This document shows, one piece after another, positions 1 to 10,468 of a stretch of DNA of 64,000 bases. The position numbers and the translations under genes were made by a program. This DNA is from Azolla caroliniana (taxonomy: Eukaryota; Plantae; Polypodiophyta): positions 62,001 to 126,000 of the forward strand of contig JBHGNT010000047.1 in assembly GCA_043228905.1 (NCBI GenBank), read 5' to 3'. Below the pieces are notes generated by a model. It worked only from the letters and a program-made list of their open reading frames with translations, was not told where the DNA came from and did no database searches. Numbering within the stretch: the first letter of the stretch is position 1; each line of letters opens with the position of its first letter.

Positions 1-3000
1 GGAATTAAAAAATCAAGATTTTGATACTCAGATCAAGAGACATGAGGAAATTACCAAAGTTGAGGAGGGAGTTGAGAAGAGCCCTTGAGCAAATTGAAAT
101 GTTCATACCTGGCTCGTGTGATATCGGATTTCTGTGTTCAAACATGGAAATCGGAGCTAACAACGCTAGCTATGATATGGATTCAAAAAATCAAGATTTT
201 GAAACTTAGGTCGAGAGACATGAAGAAATTACCAAATTTGAGGAGGGAGTTGAGTAGGGCGAATGAGTAAATTAAATTGTTCATACCTCGCTCGTGTGAT
301 ATCGGATTTGTCTGTTGAAACATGCGAATCGAAGCTAACAATGCTAGCTATGATATGGAATTAAAAAATCAAGATTTTGAAACTTAGGTCGAGAGACATG
401 AACAAATTACCAAATTTGAGGAGGGAGTTGAGTAGGGCGAATGAGTAAATTAAATTGTTCATACTTCGCTCGTGTGATATCAGATTTCTCTGTTTAAACA
501 TGTGAATCGAAGCTAGTAGGGCGATTGAGTAAATTAAGTTGTTCATACCTTGCTCGTGTGATATCAGATTTTTGTGTTTAAACATGCGAAACGAAGCTAA
601 CAACGCTAGCTATGATATGGAATTAAAAAATCCAGATTTTGAAACTCAGGTCGAGAGACATGACGAAATTACCAAATTTGAGGAGTGAGTTGAGAAGAGC
701 CCTGGAGTAAATTAAAATGTTCATACCTGGCTCGTGTGATATCGGATTTCTGTGTTCAAACATGCCAATCGAAGCTAACAACGCTAGCTATGATATGGAA
801 TTAAAAAATCAACATTTTGAAACTCAGGTCGAGAGACATGACGAAATTACCAAATTTGAGGACGGAGTCTAGTAGGGCGATTGAGTAAATTAAGTTGTTC
901 ATACCTCGCTCGTGTGATATCAGATTTTTGTGTTTAAACATGCGAAACGAAGCTAACAACGCTAGCTATGATATGGAATTAAAAAATCAAAAATTTAAAA
1001 CTTCGGTCGAGAGACATGACATATTTAGCAAATTTGAGGAGGGAGTTGAGTAGGGCGAATGAGTAAATTAAATTGTTTATACCTCGCTCGTGTGATATCG
1101 GATTTCTCTGTTCAAACATGCGAATCGAAGCTAATACCCCTAGCTATGATATGGAATTAAAAAATAAAGATTTTGAAACTCAGGTCGAGAGACATGAGGA
1201 AATTACCAAAGTTGAGGAGGGAGTTGAGAAGAGCCCTTGAGCAAATTGAAATGTTCATACCTGGCTCGTGTGATATCGGATTTCTGTGTTCAAACATGGA
1301 AATCGGAGCTAACAACGCTAGCTATGATATGGATTCAAAAAATCAAGATTTTGAAACTTAGGTCGAGAGACATGAAGAAATTACCAAATTTGAGGAGGGA
1401 GTTGAGTAGGGCGAATGAGTAAATTAAATTGTTCATACCTCGCTCGTGTGATATCGGATTTGTCTGTTGAAACATGCGAATCGAAGCTAACAATGCTAGC
1501 TATGATATGGAATTAAAAAATCAAGATTTTGAAACTGAGGTCGAGAGACATGAACAAATTACCAAATTTGAGGAGGGAGTTGAGTAGGGCGAATGAGTAA
1601 ATTAAATTGTTCATACTTCGCTCGTGTGATATCAGATTTCTCTGTTTAAACATGTGAATCGAAGTTAACAACGCTAGCTATGATATGGAATGAAAAAATC
1701 AACATTTCGAAACTCAGGTCGAGAGACATGAAGAAATTAGCAAATTTGAGGAGGGTGTTGAGTAGGGCGAATGAGTAAATTAAATTGTTTATACCTCGCT
1801 CTTGTGATATCGGATTTCTGTGTTCAAACATGCGAATCGAAGCTAACAACCCTAGCTATGATATGGAATTAAAAAATCAACATTTTGAAACTCAGGATGA
1901 GAGACATGACGAAATTAGCACATTTGAGGAGGGAGTTGAGTAGGGCGAATGAGTAAATTAAATTGTTCATACCTCGCTCGTGTGATATCCGATTTTTGTG
2001 TGCAAACATGTGAATCGAAGCTAACAACGCTAGCTATGATATGGAATTAAAAAATCAAGATTTTGAAAGTTAGGTCGAGAGACATGAAGAAATTACCAAA
2101 TTTGAGGAGGGAGTTGAGTAGGGCGAAGGAGTAAATTAAAATGTTCATACCTCGCTCGTGTGATATCGGATTTCTCAGTTCAAACATGCGAATCGAAGCT
2201 AACAACGCTAGCTATGATATGGAATTAAAATATCAAGATTTTGAAACTCAGGTCGAGAGACATGAAGAAATTACCAAATTTGAGGAGGGAGTTGAGAAGA
2301 GCCCTTGAGCAAATTAAAATGTTCATACCTCGCTCGTGTGATATCAGATTTCTGTGTTCAAACATGGGAATCGGAGCTAACAACGCTAGCTATGATATGG
2401 AATTAAAAAATCAAGATTTTGAAACTCAGGTCGATAGACATGAAGAAATTACCAAATTTGAGGAGGGAGTTGAGTAGGGCGAATGAGCAAATAAAAATGT
2501 TCATACCTCACTCGTGTGAGATCGGATTTCTGTGTTCAAACATGGGAATCGGAGCTAACAACGCTAGCTATGATATGGAATGAAAAAATCAAAATTTTGA
2601 AACTGAGGTCGAGAGAAGTGACGAAATTAGCAAATTTGAGGAGGGAGTTGAGTAGGGCGAATGAGTAAATTAAAATGTTGATACCTCGCTCGTGTGATAT
2701 CGGAGTTCTGTGTTCAAACATGCGAATCGAAGCTAACAACGCTAGCTATGATATGGAATTAAAAAATCAACATTTTGAAACTTAGGTCGATAGTCATGAA
2801 GACATTACCAAATTTGAGGAGGGAGTTGAGTAGGGCGAATGAGTAAATTAACATGTTCATACTTCGCTTGTGTGATATCGGATTTCTTTGTTCAAACATG
2901 CGAATCAAAGCTAACAACGCTAGCTATGATATGGAATTAAAAAATCATGATTTTGAAACTTAGGTCGAGAGACATGAACAAATTACCAAATTTGAGGAGG

Positions 3001-3591
3001 GAGTTGAGTAGTGCGAATGAGTAAATTAAATTGTTCATACCTCGCTCGTTTGATATCAGATTTCTCTGTTCAAACATGCGAATCGAGGCTAACAACGCTA
3101 GCTATCATATGGAATGAAAAAATCAACATTTTGAAACTCAGGTCGAGAGACATGAAGAAATTACCAAATTTGGGGAGGGAGTTGAGTAGGGCGAATGAGA
3201 AAATTCAATTGTTCATACCTCGCTGGTGTGATATCGGATTTGTGTGTTCAAACATCCGAATCGAAGCTAACAATGCTAGCTATGATATGGACTTAAAAAA
3301 ACAAGATTTTGAAACTCAGGTCGAGAGACGTGACGAAATTAGCAAATTTGAGGAGGGACTTGAGTAGGGCGAATGAGTAAATTAAATTGTTCATACCTCG
3401 CTCGTGTGATATCGGATTTTTGTGTGCAAACATGGGAATCGAACCTAACAACGCTAGCTATGATGTGGAATTAAAAAATAAAGATTTTGAAACTCAGGTC
3501 GACAGACATTAGGAAATTACCAAAGTTGAGGATCGGATTGGAGAGACATCCCATGCCGAAGTGAAGGGGGAGTTTGTTGGGATTACGGTCC

Positions 3592-3718
3592 CTCCGGATG
3601 GGATGGTCGGATGTCCGGAGATGAATGACGACAAGCCCGGTTGCGGTTTCGGAACCGGATGATGAAGACCCCGGCTTCGGAGCCGGATGACGAATGTACC
3701 CGGAGAGAGATCCGGATG
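3592..3718. repeat. Four CCGG-stem hairpins, the last three phased at 28-29 bp, each followed by ATG
   Basis: CTCCGGA(3592-98)/TCCGGAG(3614-20); CGGTT-TCGG-AACCG (3644-57); CCGGCT-TCGG-AGCCGG (3671-86); CCGGA-GAGAGA-TCCGG (3700-15). Also present at +5271. Confidence 0.85.
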
Positions 3719-3738
3719 CGGGGACATATCTGTGAATA

Positions 3739-3823
3739 TGTTTGCCAAGGGCGCTTGAGGCTATAGTTGTAAATAGCCCTAAAGTCATATGTGTATAAAT
3801 ATGACTTAGGGCAAACAGTTTTT
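3739..3823 (+). other. Nested inverted repeats at the 3' end of the insert, followed by T5
   Basis: TGTTTGCC(3739-46)/GGCAAACA(3810-17); AGGGC(3748-52)/GCCCT(3776-80); AAGTCATAT(3782-90)/ATATGACTT(3799-3807). An alternative long hairpin is GCCCTAAAGTCATAT/ATATGACTTAGGGC (3776-3812). TTTTT lies at 3819-3823. Confidence 0.8.
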
Positions 3824-6800
3824 ATGTTGCTACTCATTACCAAATTTGAGGAGGGAGTTGACTAGGGCGAATGAGTAAATTAAATTGTTCATTCCTCGCT
3901 GGTGTGATATCGGATTTGTGTGTTCAAACATGCGAATAGAAGCTAACAACGCTAGCTATGATATGGAATTAAAAAATCAACATTTTGAAACTCAGGTCGA
4001 GAGACATGAAGAAATTACCAAATTTTAAAATTTTCATACCTCGCTCGTGTGATATCGGATTTCTCTGTTCAAACATGCGAATCGAAGCTAACAACGCTAG
4101 CTATGATATGGAATTACAAAATCAAGATTTTGAAACTTAGGTCGAGAGACATAAAAAAATTACCAAATTTGAGGAGGGAGTTGAGTAGGGCGAATGAGTA
4201 AATTAAATTGTTCATTCCTCGCTGGTGTGATATCGGATTTGTGTGTTCAAACATGCGAATCGAAGCTAACAATGCTAGCTATGATATGGAATTAAAAAAT
4301 CAAGATTTTGATACTCAGATCGAGAGACATGACGAAATTACCAAATTTGACGACGGAGTCTAGTAGGGCGATTGAGTAAATTAAATTGTTGATACCTCGC
4401 TCGTGTGATATCGGATTTGTGTGTTCAAACATGCGAATCGAAGCTAACAACGCTAGCTATGATATGGAATTAAAAAATCAAGATTTTGAAACTCAGGTCG
4501 AGAGACATAAAAAAATTACCAAATTTGAGGAGGGAGTTGAGTAGGGCGAATGAGTAAATTAAATTGTTCATTCCTCGCTAGTGTGATATCGGATTTGTGT
4601 GTTCAAACATGCGAATCGAAGCTAACAATGCTAGCTATGATATGGAATTAAAAAATCAAGATTTTGATACTCAGATCGAGAGACATGATGAAATTACCAA
4701 ATTTGAGGACGGAGTCTAGTAGGGCGATTGAGTAAATTAAATTGTTCATACCTCGCTCGTGTGATATCGGATTTGTGTGTTCAAACATGCGAATCGAAGC
4801 TAACAACGCTAGCTATGATATGGAATTAAAAAATCAAGATTTTGAAACTCAGGTCGACAGACATGAAGAAATTACCAAATTTGAGGAGGGAGTTGAGTAG
4901 GGCGAATGAGTAAATTAAATTGTTCATACCTCGCTCGTGTGATATCGGATTTTTGTGTTCAAACATGCGAATCGAAGCTAACAACGCTAGCTATGATATG
5001 GAATTAAAAAATCAAGATTTTGAAACTCAGGTCGAGAGACATGAAGAAATTACCAAATTTGAGGAGGGAGTTTAGAAGAGCCCTTGAGCAAATTAAAATG
5101 TTCATACCTCACTCGTGTGAGATCGGATTTCTGTGTTCAAACATGGGAATCGGAGCTAACAGCGCTAGCTATGATATGGAATTAAAAAATCAACATTTTG
5201 AAACTCAGGTCGAGAGACATAAAGAAATTAGCAAATTTGAGGAGGGAGTTGAGTAGGGCGAATGAGTAAATTAAATTGTTCATACCTCGCTCGTGTGATA
5301 TCGGATTTCTGTGTTCAAACATGTGAATCGGAGCTAACAACGCTAGCTATGATATGGAATTAAAAAATCAAGATTTTGAAACTCAGGTCGAGAGACATGA
5401 AGAAATTACCAAATTTGAGGAGGGAGTTGAGTAGGGCGAATGAGCAAATTAAAATGTTCATACCTCACTCGTGTGAGATCGGATTTCTGTGTTCAAACAT
5501 GGGAATCGGAGCTAACACCGCTAGCTATGATATGGAATGAAAAAATCAAGATTTTGAAACTCAGGTCGAGAGACGTGACGAAATTAGCAAATTTGAGGAG
5601 GGAGTTGAGTAGGGCGAATGAGTAAATTAAAATGTTGATAACTCGCTCGTGTGATATCGGATTTCTGTGTTCAAACATGCGAATCGAAGCTAACAACGCT
5701 AGCTATGATATGGAATTAAAAAATCAAGATTTTGAAACTTAGGTCGATAGTCATGAAGACATTACCAAATTTGAGGAGGGAGTTGAGTAGGGCGAATGAG
5801 TAAATTAAAATGTTCATACTTCGCTTGTGTGATATCGGATTTCTTTGTTCAAACATGCGAATCCAAGCTAACAACGCTAGCTATGATATGGAATTAAAAA
5901 ATCAAGATTTTGAAACTTAGGTCGAGAGACATGAACAAATTACCAAATTTGAGGAGGGAGTTGAGTAGTGCGAATGAGTAAATTAAATTGTTCATACTTC
6001 GCTCGTGTGATATCAGATTTCTCTGTTCAAACATGCGAATCGAAGCTAACAACGCTAGCTATCATATGGAATGAAAAAATCAACCTTTTGAAACTCAGGT
6101 CGAGAGACATGAAGAAATTACCAAATTTGGGGAGGGAGTTGAGTAGGGCGAATGAGTAAATTCAATTGTTCATACCTCGCTGGTGTGATATGGGATTTGT
6201 GTGTTCAAACATGCGAATCGAAGCTAACAATGCTAGCTATGATATGGAATTAAAAAAACAAGATTTTGAAACTCAGGTCGAGAGACGTGACAAAATTAGC
6301 AAATTTGAGGAGGGACTTGAGTAGGGCGAATGAGTAAATTAAATTGTTCATACCTCGCTCGTGTGATATCGGATTTTTGTGTGCAAACATGGGAATCGAA
6401 GCTAACAACGCTAGCTATGATATGGAATTAAAAAATAAAGATTTTGAAACTCAGGTCGAGAGACATGAGGAAATTACCAAAGTTGAGGAGGGAGTTGAGA
6501 AGAGCCCGTGAGCAAATTGAAATGTTCATACCTGGCTCGTGTGATATCGGATTTCTGTGTTCAAACATGGAAATCGGAGCTAACAACGCTAGCTATGATA
6601 TGGATTCAAAAAATCAAGATTTTGAAACTTAGGTCGAGAGACATGAAGAAATTACCAAATTTGAGGAGGGAGTTGAGTAGGGCGAATGAGTAAATTAAAT
6701 TGTTCATACCTCGCTCGTGTGATATCGGATTTGTCTGTTGAAACATGCGAATCGAAGCTAACAATGCTAGCTATGATATGGAATTAAAAAATCAAGATTT

Positions 6801-8803
6801 TGAAACTTAGGTCGAGAGACATGAACAAATTACCAAATTTGAGGAGGGAGTTGAGTAGGGCGAATGAGTAAATTAAATTGTTCATACTTCGCTCGTGTGA
6901 TATCAGATTTCTCTGTTTAAACATGTGAATCGAAGCTAACAACGCTAGCTATGATATGGAATGAAAAAATCAACATTTCGAAACTCAGGTCGAGAGACAT
7001 GAAGAAATTAGCAAATTTGAGGAGGGTGTTGAGTAGGGCGAATGAGTAAATTAAATTGTTTATACCTCGCTCTTGTGATATCGGATTTCTGTGTTCAAAC
7101 ATGCGAATCGAAGCTAACAACCCTAGCTATGATATGGAATTAAAAAATCAACATTTTGAAACTCAGGATGAGAGACATGACGAAATTAGCACATTTGAGG
7201 AGGGAGTTGAGTAGGGCGAATGAGTAAATTAAATTGTTCATACCTCGCTCGTGTGATATCCGATTTTTGTGTGCAAACATGTGAATCGAAGCTAACAACG
7301 CTAGCTATGATATGGAATTAAAAAATCAAGATTTTGAAAGTTAGGTGGAGAGACATGAAGAAATTACCAAATTTGAGGAGGGAGTTGAGTAGGGCGAAGG
7401 AGTAAATTAAAATGTTCATACCTCGCTCGTGTGATATCGGATTTCTCAGTTCAAACATGCGAATCGAAGCTAACAACGCTAGCTATGATATGGAATTAAA
7501 ATATCAAGATTTTGAAACTCAGGTCGAGAGACATGAAGAAATTACCAAATTTGAGGAGGGAGTTGAGAAGAGCCCTTGAGCAAATTAAAATGTTCATACC
7601 TCGCTCGTGTGATATCAGATTTCTGTGTTCAAACATGGGAATCGGAGCTAACAACGCTAGCTATGATATGCAATTAAAAAATCAAGATTTTGAAACTCAG
7701 GTCGATAGACATGAAGAAATTACCAAATTTGAGGAGGGAGTTGAGTAGGGCGAATGAGCAAATAAAAATGTTCATACCTCACTCGTGTGAGATCGGATTT
7801 CTGTGTTCAAACATGGGAATCGGAGCTAACAACGCTAGCTATGATATGGAATGAAAAAATCAAAATTTTGAAACTGAGGTCGAGAGAAGTGACGAAATTA
7901 GCAAATTTGAGGAGGGAGTTGAGTAGGGCGAATGAGTAAATTAAAATGTTGATACCTCGCTCGTGTGATATCGGAGTTCTGTGTTCAAACATGCGAATCG
8001 AAGCTAACAACGCTAGCTATGATATGGAATTAAAAAATCAACATTTTGAAACTTAGGTCGATAGTCATGAAGACATTACCAAATTTGAGGAGGGAGTTGA
8101 GTAGGGCGAATGAGTAAATTAACATGTTCATACTTCGCTTGTGTGATATCGGATTTCTTTGTTCAAACATGCGAATCAAAGCTAACAACGCTAGCTATGA
8201 TATGGAATTAAAAAATCATGATTTTGAAACTTAGGTCGAGAGACATGAACAAATTACCAAATTTGAGGAGGGAGTTGAGTAGTGCGAATGAGTAAATTAA
8301 ATTGTTCATACCTCGCTCGTTTGATATCAGATTTCTCTGTTCAAACATGCGAATCGAGGCTAACAACGCTAGCTATCATATGGAAAGAAAAAATCAACAT
8401 TTTGAAACTCAGGTCGAGAGACATGAAGAAATTACCAAATTTGGGGAGGGAGTTGAGTAGGGCGAATGAGAAAATTCAATTGTTCATACCTCGCTGGTGT
8501 GATATCGGATTTGTGTGTTCAAACATCCGAATCGAAGCTAACAATGCTAGCTATGATATGGACTTAAAAAAACAAGATTTTGAAACTCAGGTCGAGAGAC
8601 GTGACGAAATTAGCAAATTTGAGGAGGGACTTGAGTAGGGCGAATGAGTAAATTAAATTGTTCATACCTCGCTCGTGTGATATCGGATTTTTGTGTGCAA
8701 ACATGGGAATCGAACCTAACAACGCTAGCTATGATGTGGAATTAAAAAATAAAGATTTTGAAACTCAGGTCGACAGACATTAGGAAATTACCAAAGTTGA
8801 GGA

Positions 8804-9106
8804 TCGGATTGGAGAGACATCCCATGCCGAAGTGAAGGGGGAGTTTGTTGGGATTACGGTCCCTCCGGATGGGATGGTCGGATGTCCGGAGATGAATGAC
8901 GACAAGCCCGGTTGCGGTTTCGGAACCGGATGATGAAGACCCCGGCTTCGGAGCCGGATGACGAATGTACCCGGAGAGAGATCCGGATGCGGGGACATAT
9001 CTGTGAATATGTTTGCCAAGGGCGCTTGAGGCTATAGTTGTAAATAGCCCTAAAGTCATATGTGTATAAATATGACTTAGGGCAAACAGTTTTTATGTTG
9101 CTACTC
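8804..9106. mobile_element. 303-bp non-satellite insertion, copy 2 (identical to copy 1 by eye)
   Basis: Same sequence and same junctions as 3533-3835 at offset +5271. The three spanning minus-strand ORF translations are identical between the copies. Confidence 0.65.
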
Positions 9107-10468
9107 ATTACCAAATTTGAGGAGGGAGTTGACTAGGGCGAATGAGTAAATTAAATTGTTCATTCCTCGCTGGTGTGATATCGGATTTGTGTGTTCAAAC
9201 ATGCGAATAGAAGCTAACAACGCTAGCTATGATATGGAATTAAAAAATCAACATTTTGAAACTCAGGTCGAGAGACATGAAGAAATTACCAAATTTTAAA
9301 ATTTTCATACCTCGCTCGTGTGATATCGGATTTCTCTGTTCAAACATGCGAATCGAAGCTAACAACGCTAGCTATGATATGGAATTACAAAATCAAGATT
9401 TTGAAACTTAGGTCGAGAGACATAAAAAAATTACCAAATTTGAGGAGGGAGTTGAGTAGGGCGAATGAGTAAATTAAATTGTTCATTCCTCGCTGGTGTG
9501 ATATCGGATTTGTGTGTTCAAACATGCGAATCGAAGCTAACAATGCTAGCTATGATATGGAATTAAAAAATCAAGATTTTGATACTCAGATCGAGAGACA
9601 TGACGAAATTACCAAATTTGACGACGGAGTCTAGTAGGGCGATTGAGTAAATTAAATTGTTGATACCTCGCTCGTGTGATATCGGATTTGTGTGTTCAAA
9701 CATGCGAATCGAAGCTAACAACGCTAGCTATGATATGGAATTAAAAAATCAAGATTTTGAAACTCAGGTCGAGAGACATGAAGAAATTACCAAATTTGAG
9801 GAGGGAGTTGAGTAGGGCCCGTTCGGAAATTAAATTGTTCATACCTCGCTCGTGTGATATCGGATTTTTGTGTTCAAACATGCGAATCGAAGCTAACAAC
9901 CCTAGCTATGATATGGAATTAAAAAATCAAGATTTTGAAACTCAGGTCAGGAGACATGAGGAAATTACCAAATTTGAGGAGTGAGTTGAGTAGTGCGAAT
10001 GAGTAAATTAATTTGTTCATACTTCGCTCGTTTGATATCAGATTTCTCTGTTCAAACATGCGAATCGAAGCTAACAACGCTAGCTATCATATGGAATGAA
10101 AAAATCAACATTTTGAAACTCAGGTCGAGAGACATGAAGAAATTACCAAATTTGGGGAGGGAGTTGAGTAGGGCGAATGAGAAAATTCAATTGTTCATAC
10201 CTCGCTGGTGTGATATCGGATTTGTGTGTTCAAACATCCGAATCGAAGCTAACAATGCTAGCTATGATATGGAATTAAAAAAACAAGATTTAGAAACTCA
10301 GGTCGAGAGACGTGACGAAATTAGCAAATTTGAGGAGGGACTTGAGTAGGGCGAATGAGTAAATTAAATTGTTCATGCCTCGCTCGTGTGATATCGGATT
10401 TTTGTGTGCAAACATGGGAATCGAAGCTAACAACGCTAGCTATGACATGGAATTAAAAAATCAAGATT

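Larger units (their letters stand above)
3533..3835. mobile_element. 303-bp non-satellite insertion, copy 1 (hairpin-rich; possible non-autonomous element, TE fragment or captured structured-RNA sequence)
   Basis: The satellite stops at ...ATTACCAAAGTTGAGGA (3532). Foreign sequence TCGGATTGG...GTTGCTACTC follows, and the satellite resumes at ATTACCAAATTTGAGGA (3836). The 5' two-thirds is GC/CCGG-rich and the 3' third is AT-richer. The insertion is certain; its classification as a mobile element is inference. Confidence 0.65.
1140..9779 (+). repeat. Block duplication: ~1140-4508 repeated at ~6411-9779 (offset 5271 bp), carrying the insert and a 33-bp deletion
   Basis: ORF pairs 1173/6444, 2241/7512, 3011/8282 and 3471/8742 all differ by 5271 = 28x178 + 320 (303-bp insert + 17-bp overlap) - 33. 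Identity breaks near 1140/6411 and 4508/9779. Confidence 0.9.

Noticed and set aside
1-178. Identity with Arabidopsis CEN178/CEN180 or primate alpha satellite
   Set aside because: Only the length is similar. I recognise no sequence similarity to either, and I see no CENP-B box core (TTCGNNNNANNCGGG) in the consensus or the CCCGTTCGGAAA variant.
240-262. G-quadruplex in GAGGAGGGAGTTGAGTAGGG
   Set aside because: Only two GGG runs and one GG occur locally, which does not meet the canonical four-tract pattern.
3655-3700. Hammerhead ribozyme suggested by ATGATGA...hairpin...GACGAAT
   Set aside because: The core needs CUGANGA and GAAA flanking a paired stem II. Here the motifs are ATGATGA and CGAAT, and the bases next to them do not pair.
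3777-3811. Telomere-like CCCTAAA and TTAGGG in the insert hairpin, and TTAGG in some monomers
   Set aside because: These are single isolated copies. In the insert they are simply the two arms of one inverted repeat, with no tandem telomeric array or 1.5-repeat template.
3533-3835. Solo LTR, MITE or tRNA gene
   Set aside because: There are no TG...CA termini with a 4-6 bp duplication, no terminal inverted repeats, and no cloverleaf with canonical D and T loops.
3471-3843. Three overlapping minus-strand ORFs (105, 79 and 86 aa) across the insert, repeated at 8742-9114
   Set aside because: All three frames are open through the GC-rich, stop-poor core, each ORF begins or ends in satellite sequence, and none shows an RT, integrase, transposase or gag motif. 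A fragment of a larger ORF cannot be excluded without BLASTX.
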